From: Candidatus Dojkabacteria bacterium
Lineage (GTDB): Bacteria; Patescibacteriota; Dojkabacteria; B142; OLB20
Reading direction: 5' to 3'
Length of the DNA: 64,000 nt
NCBI GenBank assembly: GCA_035444565.1
Contig: DAOMOX010000001.1
Span: 59,987 to 123,986 of the forward strand
Shown: positions 33,801 to 42,820 of the stretch, piece after piece
Numbering within the stretch: the stretch's first letter is position 1
How the letters are laid out: each line of letters starts with the position of its first letter
Made by a program: the position numbers and the translations under genes
The notes under the pieces: generated by a model
The model's input: the letters and a program-made list of their open reading frames with translations, nothing else
Databases searched by the model: none
What the model was told of the DNA's origin: nothing

Positions 33801-36800
33801 TCTGTAGTCGTAGGAAACTCGACATACTTCTGTAGTAATGTTGCAAACCCTTCTAATTGCTTTAATCTTGGATTATGCCCTGCCTCAGCTCCTGGATAAT
33901 ATTGTAGATAAATCTTTGATAGTTCTTTGTTTAATTCTGGCTTACTTAGATGTACTGTAATTTTGTATTTTGCATCTAAATAATGGGTGAATTCATGAGC
34001 AAACACCGATAAACTATTAATTGAATCGACACGAATGTTTTTTGTAGAAGGATAATACACGCCTAATGCGCCCCTAGGAAGGTATTTCTCACCAACCGTG
34101 AAGTCTTTATCGTATGATTTAAGCAGACTCTGAATCCTCTGGTATATTTTAAACTCCCTAGTCCCTGGCTTGGGCGATTCCCTTAATTCATACTCATCAA
34201 TTGAGGTGGTCCCTTTAGATTTTAGACTAGATATGGTGGCATATCCTTGTCCCCCTCGTACTTTCTCCCCTCTCTGTTTGCCTGTCTCCTTGCCTCTAGT
34301 TCCCTCTGTGAATTCTCTCTCCCTATTCTCAACGACTCCACCAGTTCGGGTGGAAGAGGAGGTTCTTGATTTCTCCTGAATATTTTGTTTAGTAGTTCTT
34401 TCATTGTTGTTATTACTATCTATGCTAATATTTTTTTGCCCTCCCTTTTCATTTTCTCTAGATACTTCCTTCTTCTCTCCTTGCCCTTTTCGATTCCTTC
34501 GTTCATCGCCTTGATTATGTAATTCTCCCTGCCTTCCCTGTCTTCCCAAGAGGGCATCGAGTTGTTTTTTTGTAATTCTTCCTGATTCATATAATTGTTC
34601 TGCATAACTAGCTATCTGATTAATTAAAGTTTTTTTATTGAAGGGGATTTCCTTTATATATTTAACGTCTAGCCTATGAACTCCTTGCATATTCTCCCCA
34701 TTATTTGTAAACATAATGTTTACATTTTCATTTTTCCCGTAATCTTCAAATAATTTTAAGATTACCATCCTTGCTTTTCTATGAGAATTAATGTGATTAC
34801 TTATAGTGACAGTTCTTGGAGTTCCACTTTCATACCTTGCCATAACTCCATCCTTAAATGCCACAAAAGGTTCTCTGTATACATAAAGGATATCGGTCTT
34901 ATAACCTAAGTCTATGGCTTTATCAATATAGCTTTTAGCCCTATTATAATCAGATAGCGTAGAATCATAAGTAATAGTATAATCATTTTTCAATCGTGAT
35001 TTTGAGGTTGTTTTGCCCGATCCTGTACCTCCTGCTAACATAAGTATGCTTTTGTCTTGTTCTTTACTTTTCTCTACTAGTAGTTTATTTAATACTTTAT
35101 CTGCTACTATTCCACTTGCTCTACCATAATCAACTGCATTGGTACGTTTATAACCATCGAATAAAAGTTTTGCACTATCGGAACTAACGTTATTTCCGAA
35201 CCTTTGAATATAGTTATCAACAATCTCGTCGGGGTTTTCCGATAATTGCTCAAAAGACTTTTTTTCGTCTTCGGATCGGAATTTCTCAGGAACTTCTATT
35301 TTCCCAACGTTATCTTCTTTGGGTGTCGACAATAAATTACCATTGGCTTGAACCCTTTTCTCATCTTCGGTTTCGACTGCGATACCCTCTGTTACTTCTC
35401 CTTCTGCCTGGTCCTCTCTTATTTTAGTGGTGATTATAGGGATTTCATTTATCTTTAGTTCTCCATATGCTTTTAAGCGATGATTTCCATCTTCTACCTC
35501 AAAGGTATTCGGTCCTGTAGGTCTAGCAACAATTGGTACTCTTTTACCGCTTTTAATCTCCTCAAGCGCCCTTTGCCCCCTTTCACTATCAAGAGATACA
35601 TTTTCACTTGATTTTATTTGTGTTCTATCTATTGTTCGCCTTTCAACATTATCAGGTCCGCCTATGTTATCAATCGCCTCTTTGAAAGTTCCTTTGCCTA
35701 TAAACTCATCCTCAAAATAACCCGATTCAGTATCATTGTATTCCTGGAATATATCTGATTCAGGGGTAACATCATTTCTCAAACTCTCTGTTACCTCTTG
35801 TACGTCATTCTCGACTGGACCACCCTCTAACTCATTCAATTCATTGATATCATAGTTCCCATCTTCAACACCTTCTGTTATCCCATCCCTAGCTATAAGA
35901 TCATCCATCCCGGCTATTTCATCTGACACACCTTCATCCACACTTATCTCATCCTCTTCAATACCTGCCTGATTTTCGTTCTGTAATAGTTCTATTTCTT
36001 CTCTTATTACTGAAGGTAAACTATCAGGAGGTATATTCTCTTCTTCATCAATGGGGATCTCGATAGGTCCAAATTCGGGTCTTTTTTCTCTCCACTTATA
36101 CCCGGCATTAACAGTTACCTCTGGAATCTTTACCAATCCCCCATACATACCAATCCCTATAATCTCCATCATTAATCTTTGCGCACCTTCCGGTGTAAGA
36201 AGAGAATGATATTGCCTATCTTCAATCTTGGCTTGTACCGGCTCATTGATTTCTTCTTCTAATATCTCCATTAAAAGCCCATCAAATCCACTCTTCTTGA
36301 GATACCTTGAGAATAAATCAATTGATTTGTTATTACTCTTCGAGATTGCCTTACCAATCAACGCCTTCTGCATGAACTTCTCCGGATTCTCTGTAATCAA
36401 TCCCATACGTTTAACAATTCCTTTATACGCTGCACTACCACCCTTTGTTGTTAAATCTCCGACACGTTCTGAAAAATGTTCAGCCCATGAAGATAGAAAT
36501 GCTTTCCTAAAAGCAACGTTAGGATCATCTCCCTTACTTGCTTCCTTCAGTAAAGCCTCTCCATCTTCACTCATCATTATTTCGTATTCGGGTAACGCAT
36601 ACCCGGCTGCCTTCTCTGATAGTGCCGGGAAATTGATTCCTGTTTGAACTGCTGATTCTGCTAACTCGCCTGTCAATTTCTGCATAAATGGTCCTGCGAT
36701 TCTCTTGGGTAGTATCTTTGTAACAGCCGGACCTATTTTAGTGGCACCTAAGGCACCTTTGGCTGCACCCTTTGTAATCAGAAATTCATATCCGTACCTA

Positions 36801-37696
36801 GCCATATCCGGCATCATCTCTCCGACTGCATAAGGAATACCCCTATCTATTCTAGAATCTATCATCTTGGCTGACATTAGATTCAATGCGGCAATTTCAG
36901 TCTTACTTAATACATCACCTCCATGATATTTCTCGGTTATTGCTTTGATATCTACCAATTCCCTTTCACCCTCTTCTAACTTCTCTAGTGCTTCTTTCGT
37001 GAGCTTATCCCTATCACTTTTCAATGTGTTATATCCAAAGGGTAGAAAACGGAGATCAAGGATTGATTCTTTTAATCCATCAAAGAATCCGGATTTAACA
37101 TCAGACCTATTAATAAACTTGTTGTACATTTCCGCCTCTTCACTAATCAACTGAAGATACTCATGATCTTCTTTCCTCTTCTTTCGTTTCTCTGGATCAA
37201 TTGTAGGAATAAAACCAGCCCATCTTTCCTCAAAGGTCATATTCTGGAACTCTTGATTAAGGAAATTCATCCTCTCTAGTACATAAGGACTCTTTGCTTC
37301 ATACACTTCCGGAGCATTATGATCTATCACCTTCTTCTGGTCGTTATACATCTTCTTTGCATACTTGACTCTATCCTTTGCTCCTTTAATGCTTAGAGGA
37401 TCCTTTAGAAGGACCTTCTTTGGATCCTTCTTGATCGCACTCTTTAGTTTGGAGAAAAAGCCCTCTTCAGGCTCCTCTTTTTTAGTTGAAGTTGATATGG
37501 GAGTTGTATCGGGAGCGGTCCATTTCTTAGGAGTTGTTGGCTCTACTGCCTTGTTATAAGTGCCATCTAAAATAGCATCAAATTGTTTCCTATCGAAACT
37601 GACTTGACGCATTTCTTCATCATCATCATTGTCATTTGTTTGAACTCCGGTAGATAATATCCTATCAAAGTCCTCCCTTGAGAATATCTTAGACAT
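30863..37696 (-). CDS. large polyvalent virion/ejection protein (ParB-like, zeta-toxin-like P-loop kinase, HExxH metallopeptidase, LPD38-like C-terminus)
   Basis: 'FEVEDGNHRLKA', 'MLAGGTGSGKTT...DSTL', 'VFAHEFTHY', 'LSPIKIDY...FG'. Confidence 0.88.
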   Translation of the reverse strand: MSKIFSREDFDRILSTGVQTNDNDDDEEMRQVSFDRKQFDAILDGTYNKAVEPTTPKKWTAPDTTPISTSTKKEEPEEGFFSKLKSAIKKDPKKVLLKDPLSIKGAKDRVKYAKKMYNDQKKVIDHNAPEVYEAKSPYVLERMNFLNQEFQNMTFEERWAGFIPTIDPEKRKKRKEDHEYLQLISEEAEMYNKFINRSDVKSGFFDGLKESILDLRFLPFGYNTLKSDRDKLTKEALEKLEEGERELVDIKAITEKYHGGDVLSKTEIAALNLMSAKMIDSRIDRGIPYAVGEMMPDMARYGYEFLITKGAAKGALGATKIGPAVTKILPKRIAGPFMQKLTGELAESAVQTGINFPALSEKAAGYALPEYEIMMSEDGEALLKEASKGDDPNVAFRKAFLSSWAEHFSERVGDLTTKGGSAAYKGIVKRMGLITENPEKFMQKALIGKAISKSNNKSIDLFSRYLKKSGFDGLLMEILEEEINEPVQAKIEDRQYHSLLTPEGAQRLMMEIIGIGMYGGLVKIPEVTVNAGYKWREKRPEFGPIEIPIDEEENIPPDSLPSVIREEIELLQNENQAGIEEDEISVDEGVSDEIAGMDDLIARDGITEGVEDGNYDINELNELEGGPVENDVQEVTESLRNDVTPESDIFQEYNDTESGYFEDEFIGKGTFKEAIDNIGGPDNVERRTIDRTQIKSSENVSLDSERGQRALEEIKSGKRVPIVARPTGPNTFEVEDGNHRLKAYGELKINEIPIITTKIREDQAEGEVTEGIAVETEDEKRVQANGNLLSTPKEDNVGKIEVPEKFRSEDEKKSFEQLSENPDEIVDNYIQRFGNNVSSDSAKLLFDGYKRTNAVDYGRASGIVADKVLNKLLVEKSKEQDKSILMLAGGTGSGKTTSKSRLKNDYTITYDSTLSDYNRAKSYIDKAIDLGYKTDILYVYREPFVAFKDGVMARYESGTPRTVTISNHINSHRKARMVILKLFEDYGKNENVNIMFTNNGENMQGVHRLDVKYIKEIPFNKKTLINQIASYAEQLYESGRITKKQLDALLGRQGRQGELHNQGDERRNRKGQGEKKEVSRENEKGGQKNISIDSNNNNERTTKQNIQEKSRTSSSTRTGGVVENREREFTEGTRGKETGKQRGEKVRGGQGYATISSLKSKGTTSIDEYELRESPKPGTREFKIYQRIQSLLKSYDKDFTVGEKYLPRGALGVYYPSTKNIRVDSINSLSVFAHEFTHYLDAKYKITVHLSKPELNKELSKIYLQYYPGAEAGHNPRLKQLEGFATLLQKYVEFPTTTETEYPLLVNEFLKPKGEYYEPTIGKMLEDLNQLVADYQGLESLDKIGTRVSSDDTGIDRKSFFTSQERLRQQLADKVYPLEVIAKKAGIDNKSIDPSLWARAYSAVNGIVGNNISTKRGYWAFTDLESGFQKKYEYNWKTLIDRLEKNNRADSFGYYLVARRQHFLYKELDLLGNRKGQLEVIVKALNKITEPNKLSRFNRDLKSMLEEDYGIEIIPSTIKNGKPEYTAMNLERFKRETNRLLQKLEKEYEEFKSVLDNDGFSRQVVDDAYKQNSEAYKYEEKMFDSLVKADLELLHNPEVQLIDKATFDKLNNTQGYASFKRQFYDELVGETDIPSTSKVKKTKISSLMRRTGSERTIINPIYSSMINHSEIVRKSMRQVVYNRIGGLGSSAAIPNIFQEQELKILYDKSSEKVTYPQEKDPNIIMARLNYKRQPILVNKEVKTIIDDILDYKSIGKFSKLYLAVSRMFTLGTTGAFVPFTITNFFMDQVTASVNSYNKFIPLYSPFSTYIKQKINKNSIESKYYEEYLVMGGERQTFMGWQKMSPSQLFEKIKSEKSLIDKATLIGSKALDILQKPASASEIITRAAEYVAARKAGKSQVVALEEAGRVTAPFHHTGVWGSTSSDITGAVYIRGLPFFNASLQVLDQLARVSKTPGGRKRIMFVGLVLMAAYLASLDYLFRNSSDDQKEQYKGLAPEELANFIYFPNPSGKGLWRFRVPTPITIPATVLNMIVSEAMFDTKYDSDEYIDLVTSWIPDQFNLAEPTKAALAWVPQFFKPTTHVIFNVKEYPEVRPLVNQGLSNRPNAEQYNEGTTPLAKKLGEMMNLSPIKIDYFVTGTFGRASKMLMGQPENLNPLTSFQRDYWLTSDRRITDFYNTRDENDKKYSSVQNHRGEYENITEPEIKEIYRIKAITDDVDDLLDEFREVDIEKNQEEASKLRSKILTNVEGLENPKYYPRDFAEWSKDRTKTRYKNKSKK
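34222..34404 (-). CDS. candidate nested gene 2 (+1 frame inside the giant protein)
   Basis: 60-aa ORF 15 nt after nested gene 1, same frame, A-rich leader. Confidence 0.5.
   Translation of the reverse strand: MKELLNKIFRRNQEPPLPPELVESLRIGRENSQRELEARRQANREGRKYEGDKDMPPYLV
34420..34605 (-). CDS. candidate nested gene 1 (+1 frame inside the giant protein); putative antitoxin
   Basis: 61-aa helical ORF starting at the end of the zeta-like domain. Confidence 0.5.
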   Translation of the reverse strand: MQNNYMNQEELQKNNSMPSWEDREGRENYIIKAMNEGIEKGKERRRKYLEKMKREGKKILA

Positions 37697-37719
37697 AGTT
37701 GCAAATATAGATAAATCAA

Positions 37720-39156
37720 TTATTTCTTCTTTAGACCACTTATGGCGTTCTTGACCGAATCAGCAACTTTGTTTCCAACAGTTTTAGCTGCTCCTTCTGC
37801 TCCATACTTGTAGCCACCTGCTTCAAACGCTGCATAAACTAGATCTCTAGCTTGTGCATCAGTCAACCTATATGCTGCCTTCACAGTATTAACTGCATTT
37901 GTCATGTTCTGTTGGGATAACACTTTGGAATCACCTCCGTATCCTTTTAGTATCGATGCGGTCCTATTGAATTGAGTTGGAGTATATCCTCCTCCGGTAC
38001 CGCCACCACCTGTACTTGTTTTACTCTGGTAAGTTGATCCCATCCTCTCGCTTCTGGTAGTGAATGAGCCATCTGCATTTTGTATCAAGATATCTAGGTA
38101 TTGTGTACCACTTGCATCCGTTCTTACGTTCATATGTTTTATAGTTTCAGATGGAGCAATCTTTATTCCTTGTACAAAACCAATTGGTAATCCGGCTTGT
38201 ACTTCCAATTTATTGATTTGGGACCTCTCGCTATCTGTTAGGCTTTCCCATGTCTTAGATCCGCTTGTTAGAAGATCTATGTATATCTGTACATTAGCCC
38301 TTGCCATGTTCTCATCAGCACGTTTAACCTTCTCGGCAAACTCTGTATCCCATCTTCTCTTATCTTCTGCCGCTTGTTCTTTTTCAAACTCTAATCTCAT
38401 TTCAAACCTTCTCTTATCCTCGACCATTTCATAGATCTGGATGTTCTCTGAAAGCCTTGCATTATAGTCTTGTACTGCATTGTTATAATCCATTGCAGTA
38501 AGGTCCATAATGTTCTTGACTAGATCATTAGCTATCTGAAGTTGAAATGCTTTGGTAGAGATCTGCCTATTGATGAAGTCAATATTTTCACGTTCCTGAC
38601 GTTCTACTTGACCTACACGACCTTCGATCACTCCTAAGTTAACTCCGGCTTTACCACGTTCTGATTGGCTTCTAGCTCTAAGTCTAGCTTCTGCCTCCAT
38701 CCTTTGAGCCTCAAGGTCCGCTAATCCCTTCTCAATCTCTTCCATCCCCCTTGCTATCCTTTGTTTCTCGAACTCATCTACAAGATTAGGGACCTCTGGT
38801 CTATCTCCGGGAGATAGATCGTCATACAGTTTGCGTTCTTCTGATCCTTCGGCGAAAGGCGATTTATACCCTCCGGTTAGTGAGTCCTGCACATCATCAA
38901 GATACGCACCCACATCCTCTGGTTTTTGTGGATCAGGCACTATTGCACCGGCATCTACCGCATTGGTAGGTTTAGGTACAATAGGCTGAAGTTCATAGTC
39001 GTTATTACCGGGAATACCGGGAACACGAGCACCACCGGGAACAGGTGATAACGATCCTTCATTGGGTACAGGAATCACCGGTGCGGTATTAGCTATACCT
39101 TCAGTTGGTGTTTGTCTTGTAAGTGGTGATGTTGTAGGTAGTGGTGATGTTGCCAT
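37720..39156 (-). CDS. putative internal virion/DNA ejection protein
   Basis: Pro-rich N-terminus, long coiled coil, Gly linker; position before giant protein. Confidence 0.65.
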   Translation of the reverse strand: MATSPLPTTSPLTRQTPTEGIANTAPVIPVPNEGSLSPVPGGARVPGIPGNNDYELQPIVPKPTNAVDAGAIVPDPQKPEDVGAYLDDVQDSLTGGYKSPFAEGSEERKLYDDLSPGDRPEVPNLVDEFEKQRIARGMEEIEKGLADLEAQRMEAEARLRARSQSERGKAGVNLGVIEGRVGQVERQERENIDFINRQISTKAFQLQIANDLVKNIMDLTAMDYNNAVQDYNARLSENIQIYEMVEDKRRFEMRLEFEKEQAAEDKRRWDTEFAEKVKRADENMARANVQIYIDLLTSGSKTWESLTDSERSQINKLEVQAGLPIGFVQGIKIAPSETIKHMNVRTDASGTQYLDILIQNADGSFTTRSERMGSTYQSKTSTGGGGTGGGYTPTQFNRTASILKGYGGDSKVLSQQNMTNAVNTVKAAYRLTDAQARDLVYAAFEAGGYKYGAEGAAKTVGNKVADSVKNAISGLKKK

Positions 39157-39659
39157 TAAGCCACTTCATCATACTGGTAGTTCATGGTTGTGCTTGATCC
39201 TGCTGTATCACCCGCATCGGTTTGGATCTGGTGTACAAGATAATCACTCAATCCAGTTGCTGTAAGTTCTCCAGTCAATGAACCTCCAATACCTAGATTA
39301 GCTGTTCCTGGTTCACTTGTTGGCATTGCCTGGTCCGCTACTGTAGATGAAGTAGCTACTGGTGTGGCGAAGGTTTCAGCTCCTCCATAAGCAGATGTTC
39401 TAGCATTTGTTACATGAGTTGCGGCTCCTCCTAATGCTCCAGTTCTCCATACTTTAAGATTCTTAATAGCACTAGAACCCCCCATGTTGGTTACTTCTAT
39501 TTTCTGCCATTTCTCGTAGGAGTTTTCTCCTGGAACAATTGGATAAGATGCAGCAGTTAGATTAACTGCATCTGTACTACCCATGTTTGAGTTAGTGATT
39601 GATGCGGTTTTAGTTTCCGATACTGTATTAAATTCGTTTATTTGTACTGTAGCTGCCAT
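39156..39659 (-). CDS. virion structural protein
   Basis: Beta-rich Thr/Ser/Gly 167 aa in morphogenesis operon. Confidence 0.65.
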   Translation of the reverse strand: MAATVQINEFNTVSETKTASITNSNMGSTDAVNLTAASYPIVPGENSYEKWQKIEVTNMGGSSAIKNLKVWRTGALGGAATHVTNARTSAYGGAETFATPVATSSTVADQAMPTSEPGTANLGIGGSLTGELTATGLSDYLVHQIQTDAGDTAGSSTTMNYQYDEVA

Positions 39660-39677
39660 TTTGATTAGACATAATAA

Positions 39678-40433
39678 TTAAAGTTCAAAGCCATGATTAG
39701 GATACGCCTCTCCTCGGCTTAGAGGAGTGGTAATTTCATATGACCTATCTTTATTTTTTCGTCTCATTTGGAAAAGTGCATCATCAATGAATTTCTCTAT
39801 ACTTTGTTCATATTCATCTAATGGTAATGGCTTATCCTTGTTCGACTTAACATCTTTACTACATAAATAAAGTAGTGGAGCATGTAACTCTTTAGGGAAC
39901 CCACGTGTAGTGCTTGAAGGTGCTATTGATAAATCTACTGCATCATCCAAATCTCCAGCCTCCCATGGGTCGGGATACGTTGCAAAATAGACTTTAAGTC
40001 CACTAGTAACGTTTGTAATGGCTCCAGTAAGTAGATAAATAGCCCCTCTAAACTGGTAATACTTAGCTCTACCACGTTCGTTTCCAAATAAAGAAATAAT
40101 CATATCTTCTGTAATAGCCCGATCTATTGAAGAGAGTTGAACCTCTTCTAATTCAATCCAGTTAGTACCATCTAATTTAGCCTCAACTTTCTCTAACGAA
40201 ATAACTTCATCCCCTGTACTTGCATCAATCACTAATGAATATTCCCTTTGGTCCTCAATCAAGTTAGTAGTAGCGATAGCTCCGAAATAACTTTCAGATA
40301 CTTCTGCTACTACCTTCTGAGCAAGTAGGTCCTTGTGGAAGTTCATTAGTGGTAATATCTCTGCATCAGTTAGAGTGGTGCTATTCGTACCAGTTCTAAA
40401 TCTGAGTAGAGTTGTAAATTCAGTAAATAGCAT
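39678..40433 (-). CDS. head-tail adaptor / tail tubular protein
   Basis: 'NLIEDQREYSL', 'FPKELH..L.Y' pattern and position. Confidence 0.7.
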   Translation of the reverse strand: MLFTEFTTLLRFRTGTNSTTLTDAEILPLMNFHKDLLAQKVVAEVSESYFGAIATTNLIEDQREYSLVIDASTGDEVISLEKVEAKLDGTNWIELEEVQLSSIDRAITEDMIISLFGNERGRAKYYQFRGAIYLLTGAITNVTSGLKVYFATYPDPWEAGDLDDAVDLSIAPSSTTRGFPKELHAPLLYLCSKDVKSNKDKPLPLDEYEQSIEKFIDDALFQMRRKNKDRSYEITTPLSRGEAYPNHGFEL

Positions 40434-40692
40434 CCTTCTCTTCTAATACTAATTTAATGGTATCCTTGTTAACTTCAATCAGTTCTTTATAATCCTGTAA
40501 CTTCTTCTCGTATTGTTCCTCTTCAAACTTACCTAGTTTCTTAAATGTTTTGCTTTTCTTTAACTTATCTATCTTTTTTCTGTGTCTCAGTTTTGCTAGT
40601 TTAATGCTTAAATCTAGCTGTATGAGATTTTTCCTGGATTGTGTTTCAAGTTCGTCTAGATAAGTTAGTTTGAATTTTTCGTTTACAATCAT
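40420..40692 (-). CDS. phage hypothetical coiled-coil protein
   Basis: 90-aa ORF, translationally coupled. Confidence 0.7.
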   Translation of the reverse strand: MIVNEKFKLTYLDELETQSRKNLIQLDLSIKLAKLRHRKKIDKLKKSKTFKKLGKFEEEQYEKKLQDYKELIEVNKDTIKLVLEEKDAIY

Positions 40693-41063
40693 GATAGGGC
40701 ATCCCTAACATCTTCAGCTCTCTCTACTGCAAACATGCTTAAACTTTCATCGGTTTGCTGTTGGGACCTCATGATGATATCAGCGATAGCTTGAGGTAAA
40801 TCTATATATTCACCTTTAGGAACCTTGTAAAAAGCTCCGTTTAATCCAATCTCTAGAAATGATTTACCCCTCTTCTCTGTAGGTCCAAGAGGTACTAAGA
40901 CTCTGACCTTTTGTTGTTCCCTGAGTCTTTCTTCCATTTGTTCTTTTTGTTTCTTGAAAGAACTTGCTATATCTTTACTTCTAGCTACTGGTGATTTAAC
41001 TGTATTTTCTTTTACGTCTGAGGATTCAACCTCTTTTGTATTTACGTCTTTGACTTTAGACAT
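40689..41063 (-). CDS. phage protein typical of N4-gp56-type head clusters
   Basis: 'GLNGAFYKVPKGEYIDLPQAIADII'. Confidence 0.75.
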   Translation of the reverse strand: MSKVKDVNTKEVESSDVKENTVKSPVARSKDIASSFKKQKEQMEERLREQQKVRVLVPLGPTEKRGKSFLEIGLNGAFYKVPKGEYIDLPQAIADIIMRSQQQTDESLSMFAVERAEDVRDALS

Positions 41064-41091
41064 TTTGTTTTTGTTAATAAATAAGCTATTG

Positions 41092-41120
41092 GGTAGGGAT
41101 GAGATAACCCCATCCCTACC
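41092..41120 (-). terminator. hairpin after capsid/decoration genes
   Basis: ggtagggatg / catccctacc 10-bp stem. Confidence 0.65.
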
Positions 41121-41135
41121 ATCAATTAATAGTTA

Positions 41136-41675
41136 TTATTCTGCTGTTACGTCTCCAGGTGCCCATGCATCATCAAATCTACCTAGAAGTGATGCATTAC
41201 CTCCGAAACTTACATAAGTGTCGGTGATGTGAGCTGCATCAAGGTCATCTGAAGAGGCATCAAAAGCAGTTGCCCCTGCGGCAATTGCAATTCTCGCATA
41301 TCCTAAAGCTACCTTTCCTGAAGGTACTTCTGGTATTAATGCGTTTCCAGCTCCTTCAGCGATATCACCCATTACTAGAGTGATAGTTCCTGCTGAATCG
41401 GCAACTACAAGATATACTGCCTCTTGTACGCTTGATGCGTTAGCAGCTATATCATGAGTCGTTGCGGTGAAAGCTGTCTCTGCTCCAGTTACGGATACAA
41501 GTACACCATTTACACAAGCAACTGCTGTAGTAGTCTTAATTGTTTTCTTTGATGAAGTTCCAATAGCAACTACTGGATTTCCCAACATTCGATAGTTGAG
41601 TGCATCATGGAGTTGGTCCATGTAGTTCATTAAGGCTTGTTTATGCCCTACTATGTGGTTTGAGTTAATTTCCAT
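41136..41675 (-). CDS. putative head decoration protein
   Basis: Ala/Thr-rich 179 aa directly after MCP. Confidence 0.65.
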   Translation of the reverse strand: MEINSNHIVGHKQALMNYMDQLHDALNYRMLGNPVVAIGTSSKKTIKTTTAVACVNGVLVSVTGAETAFTATTHDIAANASSVQEAVYLVVADSAGTITLVMGDIAEGAGNALIPEVPSGKVALGYARIAIAAGATAFDASSDDLDAAHITDTYVSFGGNASLLGRFDDAWAPGDVTAE

Positions 41676-41703
41676 AGTTAATTAATTAATAGTTAATAAA
41701 GTA

Positions 41704-42681
41704 TTATTCGTTAGAGTGTTCAACTCGGACCATAAACATCTCTTGAAGTCTAGTTACACCCATAGTTGCTTTCCAACCTGATGTACCTCTTTGATTCAAA
41801 GGATCTTCTGTACCTCCTGAACCTACTGGTTTGACAATGTTTTCCATTGCTCTACCTGATAGTCTCGAAACTCCGTATGCATCCATACCTAAGAATAGAG
41901 TTGAGTAAACATCAATACCTCCATTGCCTCCATCTTCAAAAACTTTAGCGTTTGTAGTTTCTACAAATCTAACCTCTTCAAATTTTCCAACTTCTCCTGG
42001 AAGTGGTTGTGAGTTCTGGTAGTATTTCTCTACTGGTTCAAACCCTGATACGCCTCTAAGGTTTAGAGTAGTTGTAGGATGGACCATAGCAACATAAGCT
42101 GAGGCTACTGGAGTAGTGTTGTAACCTCTATCTGCTGAAACGATTTTAGTAATCCTCTTTGCGTTCTGCATCTTCAAGGTCCAAATAGCGAGTCTTATTT
42201 CATCTGCAAGTAGTTTATCTCCAGTTGTAATGTCTGTTCTTTCATCATTAGCTTTAGGAGCTGTAACATCTGCATAGCGGATATTAGTTCCAGCATGTAA
42301 TACTTCTCTAATTATTAAATCAAGTGATTGTCCTGCTTGTTCTCCCAATACTTCTGCAGCCTCCATCAAAACGAGGTCTATTGAAGTATCTAGCGTGAAG
42401 TCATCTACAGTCATGTAATCACCATATTGTTTTATCTGAGTGGTTACATCAGTAACTGATAGTTGTTTACCTTCAGGAGTTACTCCAGGTGTTAGAGGAG
42501 TAGTGTTTGCTGATAATGCATTGTATTTTCTGAACTTGATAGTATCAGTATTATGCATTGGTAAATCTCTTACTTGTGCAAATCTATCATGTAAGAGTAA
42601 AGGTAAAGCCCTGCTCAATAGTTGTCTATCGTAGTATGTATTTACAGGGTAGGGAATGTTTGCTGTGGTGTTTAATGCCAT
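41704..42681 (-). CDS. major capsid protein, N4-gp56 family
   Basis: 'IKFRKY..L', 'QYGD', 'GEVG....VRFVET', 'DPLNQRGTSGWKA'; likely start MALNTT at 42681. Confidence 0.93.
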   Translation of the reverse strand: MALNTTANIPYPVNTYYDRQLLSRALPLLLHDRFAQVRDLPMHNTDTIKFRKYNALSANTTPLTPGVTPEGKQLSVTDVTTQIKQYGDYMTVDDFTLDTSIDLVLMEAAEVLGEQAGQSLDLIIREVLHAGTNIRYADVTAPKANDERTDITTGDKLLADEIRLAIWTLKMQNAKRITKIVSADRGYNTTPVASAYVAMVHPTTTLNLRGVSGFEPVEKYYQNSQPLPGEVGKFEEVRFVETTNAKVFEDGGNGGIDVYSTLFLGMDAYGVSRLSGRAMENIVKPVGSGGTEDPLNQRGTSGWKATMGVTRLQEMFMVRVEHSNE

Positions 42682-42785
42682 TTGATTAAAGTAATAAATA
42701 AAAAATAAAGGGTACAAATAGTCTCTTCCCTAGAGATTAAATTATCTGTACCCAGTATTTCTGGTTAAGCTGTACCCAACTTATC

Positions 42786-42820
42786 GGGCGGAGTATTACT
42801 TTTTAGTTATAAAAAGTCAA
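42786..42820 (-). promoter_or_regulatory. phage late promoter motif upstream of MCP
   Basis: TTGACT-17-AATACT within AAAAAGTAATACTCCGCCC. Confidence 0.75.
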
